This document shows positions 55,301 to 63,062 of a stretch of 64,000 nucleotides of DNA, in pieces. This DNA comes from Rhodanobacteraceae bacterium (GTDB taxonomy: Bacteria > Pseudomonadota > Gammaproteobacteria > Xanthomonadales > SZUA-5). Under the pieces are notes generated by a model. That model made no database searches. It saw only the letters and a program-made list of their open reading frames with translations, and was not told the origin of the DNA. Position 1 is the first letter of the stretch; each line of letters opens with the position of its first letter. Location: the NCBI GenBank assembly GCA_031409855.1, contig JANNYA010000199.1, forward strand, positions 4,697 to 68,696, written 5' to 3'. A program made the translations under genes and the position numbers.

Positions 55301-57227
55301 GCAGAGCGAAACCATTGTGCGTGCGCCGGTCGTCGTTGAAGTCAGCATGCCGCGTGTTTTTGCCCCGGGCGACAGCGGCAAGCTGACCGTCGACGTGCAA
55401 AATTTCACCGATAAGCCGGGCGAATTTACCCTGCAGCTAAAGTCGGGCGATGGCCTTAAATTCTCCAGTAATCAGGCCAACATATCGTTAGCGGATCAAG
55501 AAAAGAAAACTTTGAGCTTTGATGTGGCCGCCACCGCCGCGATTGGTATCGCCAAGTATTCGGTGGGCGTCAGTGGAAACGGTGCTAAGTTTGAGCGCAA
55601 GTTTGAATCAGTAGTTCGCCCGGCATGGAATGAAACACGGCGCGTGCGTTTTGAGACGCTGAGCGCACCAGGCTCAGTAGACCTAAACGTCGGCACCAGC
55701 GATTTTTACCCAGGCACCGTGCGCTCACGATTTAGTTTGAGCGGGCGTGCGCCGATCCCAGTGGCGGATGCTGCGAAAGGCTTGTTCGAATATCCTTATG
55801 GCTGCATCGAGCAAACCACCAGCAAGTTGATGCCGTATCTAACGCTTGATGACGCCGCATTGGCAAAACTGGGCTTGCCGCAATCCAGCGTTAAAAGCCG
55901 CGCCGAAAACATCAGTTTTGGTCTTGGGCGAATTGCCTCCATGCAGGCCGAATCCGGGCACTTTAACTATTGGCCGGAAGGCGATTATGCCGAGCCCACT
56001 TTAACGCCCTTTATTGCCGACGTGCTGGTTGACGCGCAAATGCAGGGCTATGCCATGCCGCCGCAAGTATTGCAAAAGGCGTTGGAGCGCTTGAAAGAAA
56101 GCCTGCTGTCGGGTGGCGAGTTGAATTATGACCGCGTCTACAACGATAACTCCGAGCATTTGCGCCTGAGCTACAACGCCTATGCCGGCTATGTGCTGGC
56201 GCGCGTCAATCAAGCGCCGTTGGGCAGTTTGCGGTCAATTTTTGATGCTGGGGCCACAAAGGCGCTATCGCCGTTGCCACTAGTACGTTTGGCGATTGCG
56301 TTAAAAACAGCGGGCGATAATAAGCGTGCTGAGGAAGCACTCAAACTCGCGTTTGGCGAAAAATGGGCGATGCAGCAAGATCGTTGGCTAGGTGATTACG
56401 GTAGTGTATTGCGTGACCAAGCTTTGTCATTAGCCTTGGTTATTGAAACCAAAATGTCGCCACCAGATTTGGATGCGCGGCTGTTGGAAGTGACCTATTT
56501 GGTGCGTGAAAATCCGTATATGTCCACGCAAGATCGCGTCGGTTTGGTGCGATTAGCCAAAGCGCTGAGCGCAAGTAAAGGCCAGCTTGAAGGCGCGCTG
56601 GTCTTGAACGGCAGCCCGCAACCGTTTAGCACCAGCGGTATTTTTGCGGCGGATTTATCCTACGCGGAGTTAAATTCCGGTGCCAAGATTGAGACGAAAT
56701 CCGACGGCCCGCTGTATTTAATGCAGCAAACCGCCGGCATCACCCGCATCGCACCGCAGCCTAGCTCCGATGTGCTGCAAGTGGCGCGCAAGTACTTCAA
56801 TATGGACGGTACGACGTTCGACGGCGACAGCATTCGCGAAGGCGAGCGCCTAATTGTCGGCTTGACCATTCAATCGAAGATTTGGGCCAACGATTTGCTG
56901 CTGGTGGATTTGTTGCCGGGTGGCTTTGAAGCAGAAAACCTCAATCTCTTGCCGGCCGAACAGCTCAGCGGTTTGAAAGCCGGTGAGCTTAGCGTCAGTG
57001 ATATCCGAGCCCAAGTCAGCGTACGCTTTGAGGAATTCCGCGATGATCGCTACGTACTTGCGATGCCGATTAGTGAAGGCGAAACGCGCTATTTTTATGT
57101 CGTGCGTGCGGTCTCACCGGGTACGTTCGTGGTGCCTCCGACGCAGCTTGAAGATATGTATCGGCCGACAATGAGCACCGTTGGGGTTTCGATTCCGGCG
57201 CGGGTGACGGTGTTAGAGGGGAATTAG
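52332..57227 (+). CDS. Bacterial alpha-2-macroglobulin family lipoprotein (YfhM/ECAM type) with thioester
   Basis: Start at ATG 52332. Lipobox GLSGC. About 1630 aa of MG-domain-type beta sequence. Thioester motif GCIEQ (CIEQ codons at 55803-55814). Followed by pbpC. Confidence 0.93.
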   Translation: MPRHSLFGLSPTSLLPALLLSVGLLSFGLSGCSKEGVNSAPAAIEAKAATAQVQSGFYVALINSAVVDAEPAIELSTSEPLASEQDFNKVITVTDAAGKAVDGGWSLDYNDNRVVRFSPVKSGEDYKIVVSKELLSKSGAQFANDYVETLKGVEQPPTIGFSGQGSVLPARATEGLPIRTVNVSEVDVQFLRVKDANISEAIRDRAFRGAQGGWQLNYLKKITENVYGNRFQITDTHRNKQILSFLPIQTIAELKRPGLYYAIMRRPSDFDEQFEVTHYVVSDVGVHLRRYQNRALVLARSLSSGAALSDVQITLLNSYGQPILAGKTNADGQASFEQAPNNEMVLLAQAGDDLSVLPFNQPALDLSEFEITGGTADANTIHIWSGRDLYRPGEELKFSALLRDFDGKPVAAQPVFANLRQPDGKLYAASELKVSELGYLEFKRAMPSDVPTGRWKLEMGTDPEGKGRLHTFNFRIEEFLPERLKLELASRQARLAPAEALNLDVTGAYLYGAPAGGNRFTAKYVLSADAAAVPSLKGYIFGDQINKPKSEQVDAIDETLGADGKLSSAIAIPGDQINGPISVAVIGELFETGGRAVTRVLKRSVWPAEQLVGVRPLFTDNDAGGNSRAAFEVMRVAADGTPTAAKVQVKLVRERRDYRWSYKSGLGWVSDYTESLSDGESQALALDGKIAGRVEFPVEWGNYRLEITDPETKLVTRYPFYAGWSWGSDNTGPDSRPDKVKLALDKSAYKVGDTLKLTITPPEEGVGLLLVESDKLLQTQEFSAGKTTTLELKIAPEWDRHDVYISAMVFKPGDNSNHITPKRAIGMIHLPMDRAARQLKVVLSAPAKMLPSQALSAQVSVPELKSQTAYVTVHAVDQGITNITNFTVPDPFKHFFAQRAFAIDLFDVYGRIIESLPGTLAKLRFGGDGMLGALPQANRSTAKVLTVDLFSGAVALDAKGNATVPLSVPDFNGSLKVSAVVFSDQRYGFAQSETIVRAPVVVEVSMPRVFAPGDSGKLTVDVQNFTDKPGEFTLQLKSGDGLKFSSNQANISLADQEKKTLSFDVAATAAIGIAKYSVGVSGNGAKFERKFESVVRPAWNETRRVRFETLSAPGSVDLNVGTSDFYPGTVRSRFSLSGRAPIPVADAAKGLFEYPYGCIEQTTSKLMPYLTLDDAALAKLGLPQSSVKSRAENISFGLGRIASMQAESGHFNYWPEGDYAEPTLTPFIADVLVDAQMQGYAMPPQVLQKALERLKESLLSGGELNYDRVYNDNSEHLRLSYNAYAGYVLARVNQAPLGSLRSIFDAGATKALSPLPLVRLAIALKTAGDNKRAEEALKLAFGEKWAMQQDRWLGDYGSVLRDQALSLALVIETKMSPPDLDARLLEVTYLVRENPYMSTQDRVGLVRLAKALSASKGQLEGALVLNGSPQPFSTSGIFAADLSYAELNSGAKIETKSDGPLYLMQQTAGITRIAPQPSSDVLQVARKYFNMDGTTFDGDSIREGERLIVGLTIQSKIWANDLLLVDLLPGGFEAENLNLLPAEQLSGLKAGELSVSDIRAQVSVRFEEFRDDRYVLAMPISEGETRYFYVVRAVSPGTFVVPPTQLEDMYRPTMSTVGVSIPARVTVLEGN

Positions 57228-57239
57228 CTCTACTCTATT

Positions 57240-57327
57240 CGTCATTCCCGCATGCTTTTAGCGGGAATCCAGTTTGTTCAAAGCTTTATAGTCACTGGAT
57301 CCCCGATAAAAACACTCGGGGATGACG
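57240..57327. repeat. Double-hairpin MITE-like repeat (second copy of the 31539-31660 element)
   Basis: The left module cgtcattcccgcatgcttttagcgggaatccag and the right module ctggatccccgataaaaacactcggggatgacg match the first copy with 2 and 3 mismatches respectively. The central spacer differs (23 vs 56 nt). Confidence 0.85.
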
Positions 57328-57347
57328 AGTTGCTGGGTGGGTGGTAG

Positions 57348-59717
57348 GTGATGACTCAATCCGTTTTCAAAATAACGTTTTCCAAACTGGCGTCAATCGC
57401 TGTCGCCCTCGTCGCGCTTGTGCTTGCCCTTGATTATTTCTACCCGCCACCGCTGGAAAAATTTCTAGCGCAACGCTCCGCACAGCTGATTTTGGCGGCT
57501 GACGGCGCACCATTGCGGGCTTTTCCCGATGCGCGGGGTGTCTGGCGCTACCCAGTTAGCGCCAAGGATGTCGCCCCCGCCTATTTGCACGTCTTGTTGA
57601 ACTATGAAGACCGCTGGTTTTATCGCCATCCTGGCGTCAACCCGCTGGCGCTGGTGCGCGCGGTGGCACAAGCGGCGTTTTATCGGCGGCCAGTTTCCGG
57701 CGGTTCGACCATCACCATGCAGGTGGCGCGCATTATTGAAGGGATTCCGCACAGCACCGTCGGCAAACTGCACCAAATCGTGCGCGCCCTGCAGTTGGAG
57801 CGGCGTTTGAGCAAGGCGCAGATACTAGATTTGTATTTACGATTTGCGCCCTATGGCGGCACGATTGAGGGCGTCGAAACCGCATCGCGGGCTTATTTAG
57901 GCAAATCCAGCCACGATTTGAGCGACGCAGAATCCGCACTTTTGGTAGTTTTACCGCAGCGCCCGAGCGCACTGCGCCCGGATCGCAGCAGCGCGGCCGC
58001 GCAGCGCGCGCGTGACAAGGTGTTGCTGCGTATGCAGGGTTTAGGCGTGTGGACTGCCGCGCGCGTAGCGGATGCCCAGCTTGAACAGGTTTTTGCAAAG
58101 CGCTTGCGTGTGCCAATGTTGGCGCCGCTATTTGCGCAGCGGCTGCATGCAGAGAACCCGGACGCGGATCAAATCCAAACCGGCATTGATACGCGCTGGC
58201 AGCAAATGGCGGAAGCGCGCGTGGTAAACCATATCAAGCGCTTTGCGCCCGCAACCTCGGCAGCGGTGTTGATTGTGGACAATGAAACGATGCTGGCGCG
58301 TGCTTATGTGGGCTCGGCGCTATTTGGCGAGGCGAAAAGTTACGGCCACATCGACATGGTGCAAGCCAGTCGTTCGCCCGGATCCACGCTGAAACCCACA
58401 CTCTATGCCCTGGCACTCGACGCTGGGCTGATCCATTCGGAAAGCCTATTGCTAGATGCGCCTCAAGAGTTTGCAGGCTATCGCCCGGCGAATTTTTCCG
58501 AAAGCTTCAACGGCCCGGTATCGGCCGCGTCCGCCCTGCGTTTGAGCCTGAATATTCCCGCCGTGGATTTGCTTGATCGCATTGGTCCCGGTAAGTTTTA
58601 TTCAGCGCTTGAACACGCCGGATTAAAACTTCAGCTGCCTGAAGGTGCCGAACCGAATTTAAGTTTGATCCTGGGCGGGGCGGGGGTACGCTTGGAAGAT
58701 CTAGTAGGAATGCACGCAGCGTTAGCGCGCGGTGGGTTCGCCGCCCGAGTACGTTGGACAGCGGGCGATGCCAGCTCGAACCGCCGTCTGATGAGTCCCG
58801 GTGCCGCATGGATCACCTACCAAATGCTAAGCGATGGCGGGCGCTTAGGCGCTGGCGACAGCGTCATGTTTGATCGTGGCAATCGCCGACGCATTGCTTT
58901 CAAAACTGGCACTAGCTTTGGCTTTCGCGATGCCTGGGCGCTCGGCACCACGCCCAAAGTCACGATCGGCGTTTGGATTGGCAGGCCCGATGGCACGCCG
59001 AACCCGGGTAGCTTTGGTGCGGTCAGCGCCTTGCCACTGTTGTTTGAGCTATTTGACGGCATTTCGCAGGCTAGTTTAGGCACCGAAGCCGGGCCACCGG
59101 CCAGCGTGAGTAAAGCCGACATTTGCTGGCCACTAGGTTTGCGCTTTGATGCTGCGCTGCCGGAGCTGTGTCATAAAAAAATGCAGGCGTATGTATTGGA
59201 CGAAACCTCGCCCGCGACTTTGCCCGAGCGCAGCGCGAAACTTTGGCAGGCGGGCGTCACCGAATATTTCGCCGATCCGAATACCGGCCTGCGGCGCAAT
59301 GCCAGCTGTTTGGATGCAACAGTGCAGGTCAAACAAATAGCACGCTGGCCAGCGCTGGCTTATCCCTGGTTAAGTAGCCGAATGCGCACGCTCGCGAGCC
59401 TGCCAGGCTTAAGTAAAGGTTGCACACCTGATGCGATGCGCCCCGAAGCGCTGGTCATCGAAGGTGTGCTGGACGGCGCGATCCTAAAGCCGCCCAGCAA
59501 TCGTGATACGAACGCGGCCACCCGCGCCGTGCCGGTTGGCGTGCGCGCAATCGGCAGCGATTCGGTGATTAGCTGGCTGCTGGATGGCGCGCTGTTGGCC
59601 CGTATGCAAGGCGGTGAAAGTTTGAAAATGGATCTGCCGAGCGTCGGGAAACATCGCTTGGTGGCGCTGGATAGCGAGGGCCGCTATGCAGCGATTGAAT
59701 TTTCGGTGATTTTGTAG
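57348..59717 (+). CDS. pbpC: Penicillin-binding protein 1C
   Basis: GT51 motifs YEDRWFYRHPGVN and GGSTITMQVAR; transpeptidase motifs SPGSTLKP and KTGTS; C-terminal PBP1C-specific domain. Start is GTG 57348 or ATG 57351. Confidence 0.93.
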   Translation: MMTQSVFKITFSKLASIAVALVALVLALDYFYPPPLEKFLAQRSAQLILAADGAPLRAFPDARGVWRYPVSAKDVAPAYLHVLLNYEDRWFYRHPGVNPLALVRAVAQAAFYRRPVSGGSTITMQVARIIEGIPHSTVGKLHQIVRALQLERRLSKAQILDLYLRFAPYGGTIEGVETASRAYLGKSSHDLSDAESALLVVLPQRPSALRPDRSSAAAQRARDKVLLRMQGLGVWTAARVADAQLEQVFAKRLRVPMLAPLFAQRLHAENPDADQIQTGIDTRWQQMAEARVVNHIKRFAPATSAAVLIVDNETMLARAYVGSALFGEAKSYGHIDMVQASRSPGSTLKPTLYALALDAGLIHSESLLLDAPQEFAGYRPANFSESFNGPVSAASALRLSLNIPAVDLLDRIGPGKFYSALEHAGLKLQLPEGAEPNLSLILGGAGVRLEDLVGMHAALARGGFAARVRWTAGDASSNRRLMSPGAAWITYQMLSDGGRLGAGDSVMFDRGNRRRIAFKTGTSFGFRDAWALGTTPKVTIGVWIGRPDGTPNPGSFGAVSALPLLFELFDGISQASLGTEAGPPASVSKADICWPLGLRFDAALPELCHKKMQAYVLDETSPATLPERSAKLWQAGVTEYFADPNTGLRRNASCLDATVQVKQIARWPALAYPWLSSRMRTLASLPGLSKGCTPDAMRPEALVIEGVLDGAILKPPSNRDTNAATRAVPVGVRAIGSDSVISWLLDGALLARMQGGESLKMDLPSVGKHRLVALDSEGRYAAIEFSVIL

Positions 59718-60055
59718 GGTTCACCGGCGCGCCAACGCGCTGAATGGTTTCGGTGCAAACCGTTGGCGTTGCATTTCTGAACAACTTTCATAGGGTGCGT
59801 TTCGCGGTGAAACAGCATCACCTACTGATCGCAAAGCTGATCAATCGGATGACTGCAAATCTCTTCGCAACCCATCAATAAATCCTAAATCCAATGGCAA
59901 GCCCTCCAGCGCGTGCAACGGCACAATGCCAGTAGCGCGCGCAATCTCGGGTGCATCAAACTCGTTGTGCGACTAGTTTAGCCTGGGTCGCTATTACCTG
60001 CAGCTTTTCGCCGCTTGCTATGCTCGCCCCCTAAATCACCCAATCCGAGCACAAC

Positions 60056-61087
60056 ATGGCCCAAACCGGAAGAAACGAGCGCTGCCCGTGCGGCAGTGGC
60101 AAAAAATTTAAGCACTGCTGCTTGCTTGAGCAAATCAAGCCCACTCAGGAGTCCGTGACATCGCGCCGACTTGCGCGTTTGGCGGATTGGGTTGCGGCGA
60201 AATTTCGCAGTCAAATTCCAGCGCAAGCGGATGAGTTCTTCTTTGAATTCGATGCCGACGAGCGCGAAATCCTCAATTCAGGCACGCACGCGGGCGCAAA
60301 TGGCGTGGCCACGCTGGTCACCGACTTTATTTGTGTGGACGGCCTATTTGAGCTGCGCGGCGAGATGCAGACCGGTTTAGATTGGTTTTTAGAACTCGGC
60401 GGGCCGTTTTCGCTTGAGGATCGGGAATTTTATCAAGCGCTCAGTCTTTCCGGGCTGCGCGCCTATCAGGTGCTATCGGTTGAGCCCGGCGTGGGCATGG
60501 ACCTACTCGACTTGTTTGCGCCAGAAATGGAAAGTGGCTTTATTCATGAAAAATTGGGTTCAACGCAAATCGCGGTCGGTGATGTCATTGGTGGGCGCTT
60601 GATCGCTAGTGACGGTGTCATGCAAATTGCCGCGATGGTGCCGTTTCAAGCAAGCGATGCCGATACACTGCTGGAAAATTACATCGAAGATTTGGCGTTT
60701 GCGCGCGCCCAAGCCGGGTTTTCGGACGACGACGCTGACGACGACGACGAAGCCGAAAACGCTGACGAGATGGAAAATATCGCGGCGTTTGACGCCGCAA
60801 TTGACCGCTACGCTTTGACGCATACGCCTGACAGCGAGGTGCCAGCAGATTCTGTAAGTGCGGTTAGGATCTATGGTGACGAGGATCAGATTGTTGCGCA
60901 ATTAGCCGAGGATTCTGAAGATCGAGCTGACGAAGATCAAGGCGATGACGATGACGATGACGTCGAGTTCGACGAGGACAGCATGCGTAATATTGCCGAA
61001 GAAATGATGTTAGAAGATATCGTCGCAGCGAAGGTTGTCGCTACATTTTGGCTGGAGTCGGTGTTGAATAGCCTCGTGCAAGATTGA
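60056..61087 (+). CDS. SEC-C metal-binding-motif protein with poly-acidic C-terminal half
   Basis: The N-terminus GRNERCPCGSGKKFKHCC is the SEC-C Zn motif. Acidic tracts include SDDDADDDDEAEN and DQGDDDDDDVEFDED. Confidence 0.7.
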   Translation: MAQTGRNERCPCGSGKKFKHCCLLEQIKPTQESVTSRRLARLADWVAAKFRSQIPAQADEFFFEFDADEREILNSGTHAGANGVATLVTDFICVDGLFELRGEMQTGLDWFLELGGPFSLEDREFYQALSLSGLRAYQVLSVEPGVGMDLLDLFAPEMESGFIHEKLGSTQIAVGDVIGGRLIASDGVMQIAAMVPFQASDADTLLENYIEDLAFARAQAGFSDDDADDDDEAENADEMENIAAFDAAIDRYALTHTPDSEVPADSVSAVRIYGDEDQIVAQLAEDSEDRADEDQGDDDDDDVEFDEDSMRNIAEEMMLEDIVAAKVVATFWLESVLNSLVQD

Positions 61088-61090
61088 AAT

Positions 61091-62477
61091 TTAAGCGAAC
61101 TCGCCGGGCGCAAGCAAACGCGACGGAATCTCGACCACCGAAGCAAAACCACCACCCGGTGTACGGAAGTTCGTGGTTTGCCCCTGATACAAGCGCGCGG
61201 CGTACAGCAAAACCTCGCTAGCATAGCTATAGGCACGCAGGTCGCTTTTTAGCTGCACCTCCGTGCCATCGACATTTTGTACCCGCAGGCTGGGGGCAAC
61301 GATGCGTTGCGCGACGTAATGGCCGCGCAAGATTTCCTCGAATACCCGCCGCGTTAGCTTATCCCCGCGATAGGTAGCCTTGCCGCCAAAGCCGTCTGCA
61401 GGCTTGAAAAACCATTCGCGGCGGCTTTGCCAGAGTGCGTCAGCTTTGGCGGTTGTGACTAATTGCGTAGGCGGCACGCGCGCTATGCATCGCGCAATAT
61501 CTTCAGCATTTGCGCCTATTGATTGCAAAAATGCGGTATCACTTAGACGTATCAACAGGCGTTTGTCGGCAAATAGGGCGTGCGCTTGCGGATGCGGCGT
61601 GATCACTGCCAAATCCTCTAGCCAGGCCGTGCGTAAGTTCGCGCTCGCAGTGGTGTTAAACGCGAAATCAGTGCTGCGGTTATAAACTAGATCGACCACG
61701 ACGCCATCCAATTGCAGCGAATTTTCGACAATGCTCAACGCGCGCGGGTCACAAATGCTGGCGCGGATGCCGGCGCGTTCAAACAGGCGTTGAAACAAAA
61801 GGAATTCAGGCAGCAAATACTGTTGCGTCGGTGACTCGTCGACGATAGCGATGTGGCGCAACGGCGCATCACCCTTGACGGCGCGCCATTCGCGATTAAA
61901 CATGGCCAACAGTTTGGCGGCGTCGTCCGCTTGCGTTTGTACTGCATCAGCAACACCGCAGCACGCCCGCTGCGCGCGCTAGCGTCATATTAAGCAATGC
62001 GCCGCCGGCATTGGTGTTGATTTCAATCAGCTGCGGCCCGCGCGCGCTTAAATGAAAATCGTAGCCCATCAAAACCCCCTGCGCAGCACTGGCGTGTTGG
62101 GCGATTTCGGGCGCGTCGCTCAGCGCCGCCAAGCGCCAGCCGGGCAGGGCGGTGATGCGTTGATGTGCGGCAATGAATTGCTTAATCAGATCGAGATCAG
62201 CCGTGCTAACGAACACGGTGGTGTTTGAAAATAAAGTTTCTGGGCACTCTGCAACCGCAGGCGCAAAGGCTTCAAATTCACGCGCCAACTCATTTTTGAG
62301 TTTTGCGCGATCAAGCGTGATACAGGCGCAGTGTTCATTTAGGGCTTGCGCCAAGGTGGCTCGGGTGGCTTGGGTGGACAGGCTCGCTAAGTCAGGCAAT
62401 GTGTTGCTGGATTGAACCGAAGTTATTGGCACGGCGTTTGCTCCTGAGATGTGCAATCCGACTTTGCATGAATACAC
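61091..62477 (-). pseudogene. ATP-grasp / glutathionylspermidine-synthase-like amidoligase gene split by a frameshift (or two-ORF arrangement)
   Basis: ORF 61947-62477 (..GYDFHLSARGPQLIEINTNAGG..) and ORF 61091-61909 (..FFKPADGFGGKATYRGD.., ..TNFRTPGGGFASV) lie in frames offset by 1. Both frames are open across 61947-61978. The downstream part has no ATG (TTG only). Confidence 0.6.
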
Positions 62478-62572
62478 ATTTCCGTGTCACCCCAAGATCA
62501 ACCCGGACACTAGCGATTTCCGTGCTGGCATTGCACCATCAGGCTATCCATTCGATGCAGGGTACTAGCCAG

Positions 62573-62971
62573 ATGACTCAAGCCGCCCAATCAAATATTT
62601 CAAGTGCGCTGGCACTATTGCTAGCCTCTGCGCTTAGCCTTGGCCAAATCGAGTTGGCATGTGCGGCCACAGCAGTGCCGGATCGCGTGAAAATTGGCAA
62701 TGAAACTAAAAATACCAGCGGTGTTTTGGTCGGCTTACAAAGTGGTGATGTGGCTTGCTATTTGACGCTTAAAGATCAAAAGGGCCAAGAATTCACTGAG
62801 CTTGCGATTTTTGAAATCTGCGAAATGACCCAGTTGGTGGGCAAACGCTTGCGCTTGAGCTATCGCATCGAAAGCGTCCTCGCCGATTCCTGTCAGGGCG
62901 ACCCAGAGTGCAAAGACACGCAGAAAGTGGCATTAGTCAATTCGATCAAAGTGCTTAAACCGGGAAAATAA
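62573..62971 (+). CDS. Small hypothetical secreted protein (start uncertain)
   Basis: Hydrophobic N-terminus SSALALLLASALSLGQIELACA, then 4 Cys. Alternative starts are at 62468 and 62555. Confidence 0.5.
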   Translation: MTQAAQSNISSALALLLASALSLGQIELACAATAVPDRVKIGNETKNTSGVLVGLQSGDVACYLTLKDQKGQEFTELAIFEICEMTQLVGKRLRLSYRIESVLADSCQGDPECKDTQKVALVNSIKVLKPGK

Positions 62972-63062
62972 CCCTGTAAGCGCGCTATTGTGGAAACTGC
63001 CAAGTCCGGGATCTCAAGCAACTTGATGCGCTCAAACCCACACCCTTCCCACGGTGTGAAAT

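Noticed and set aside
59846-59975. Minus-strand open frame reading SHNEFDAPEIARATGIVPLHALEGLPLDLGFIDGLRRDLQSSD-stop in the 338-bp spacer before the SEC-C gene; it looks like the C-terminus of a protein
   Set aside because: It has no start codon (a TAG lies immediately upstream), is only ~43 codons long, and I cannot match it to a family. It is possibly a gene remnant, but that is unsupported.
60700-60960. GAC/GAT/GAA-rich stretches considered as a DNA tandem repeat (VNTR)
   Set aside because: It has no regular repeat unit. It is codon-level low complexity encoding poly-Asp/Glu within the SEC-C protein.
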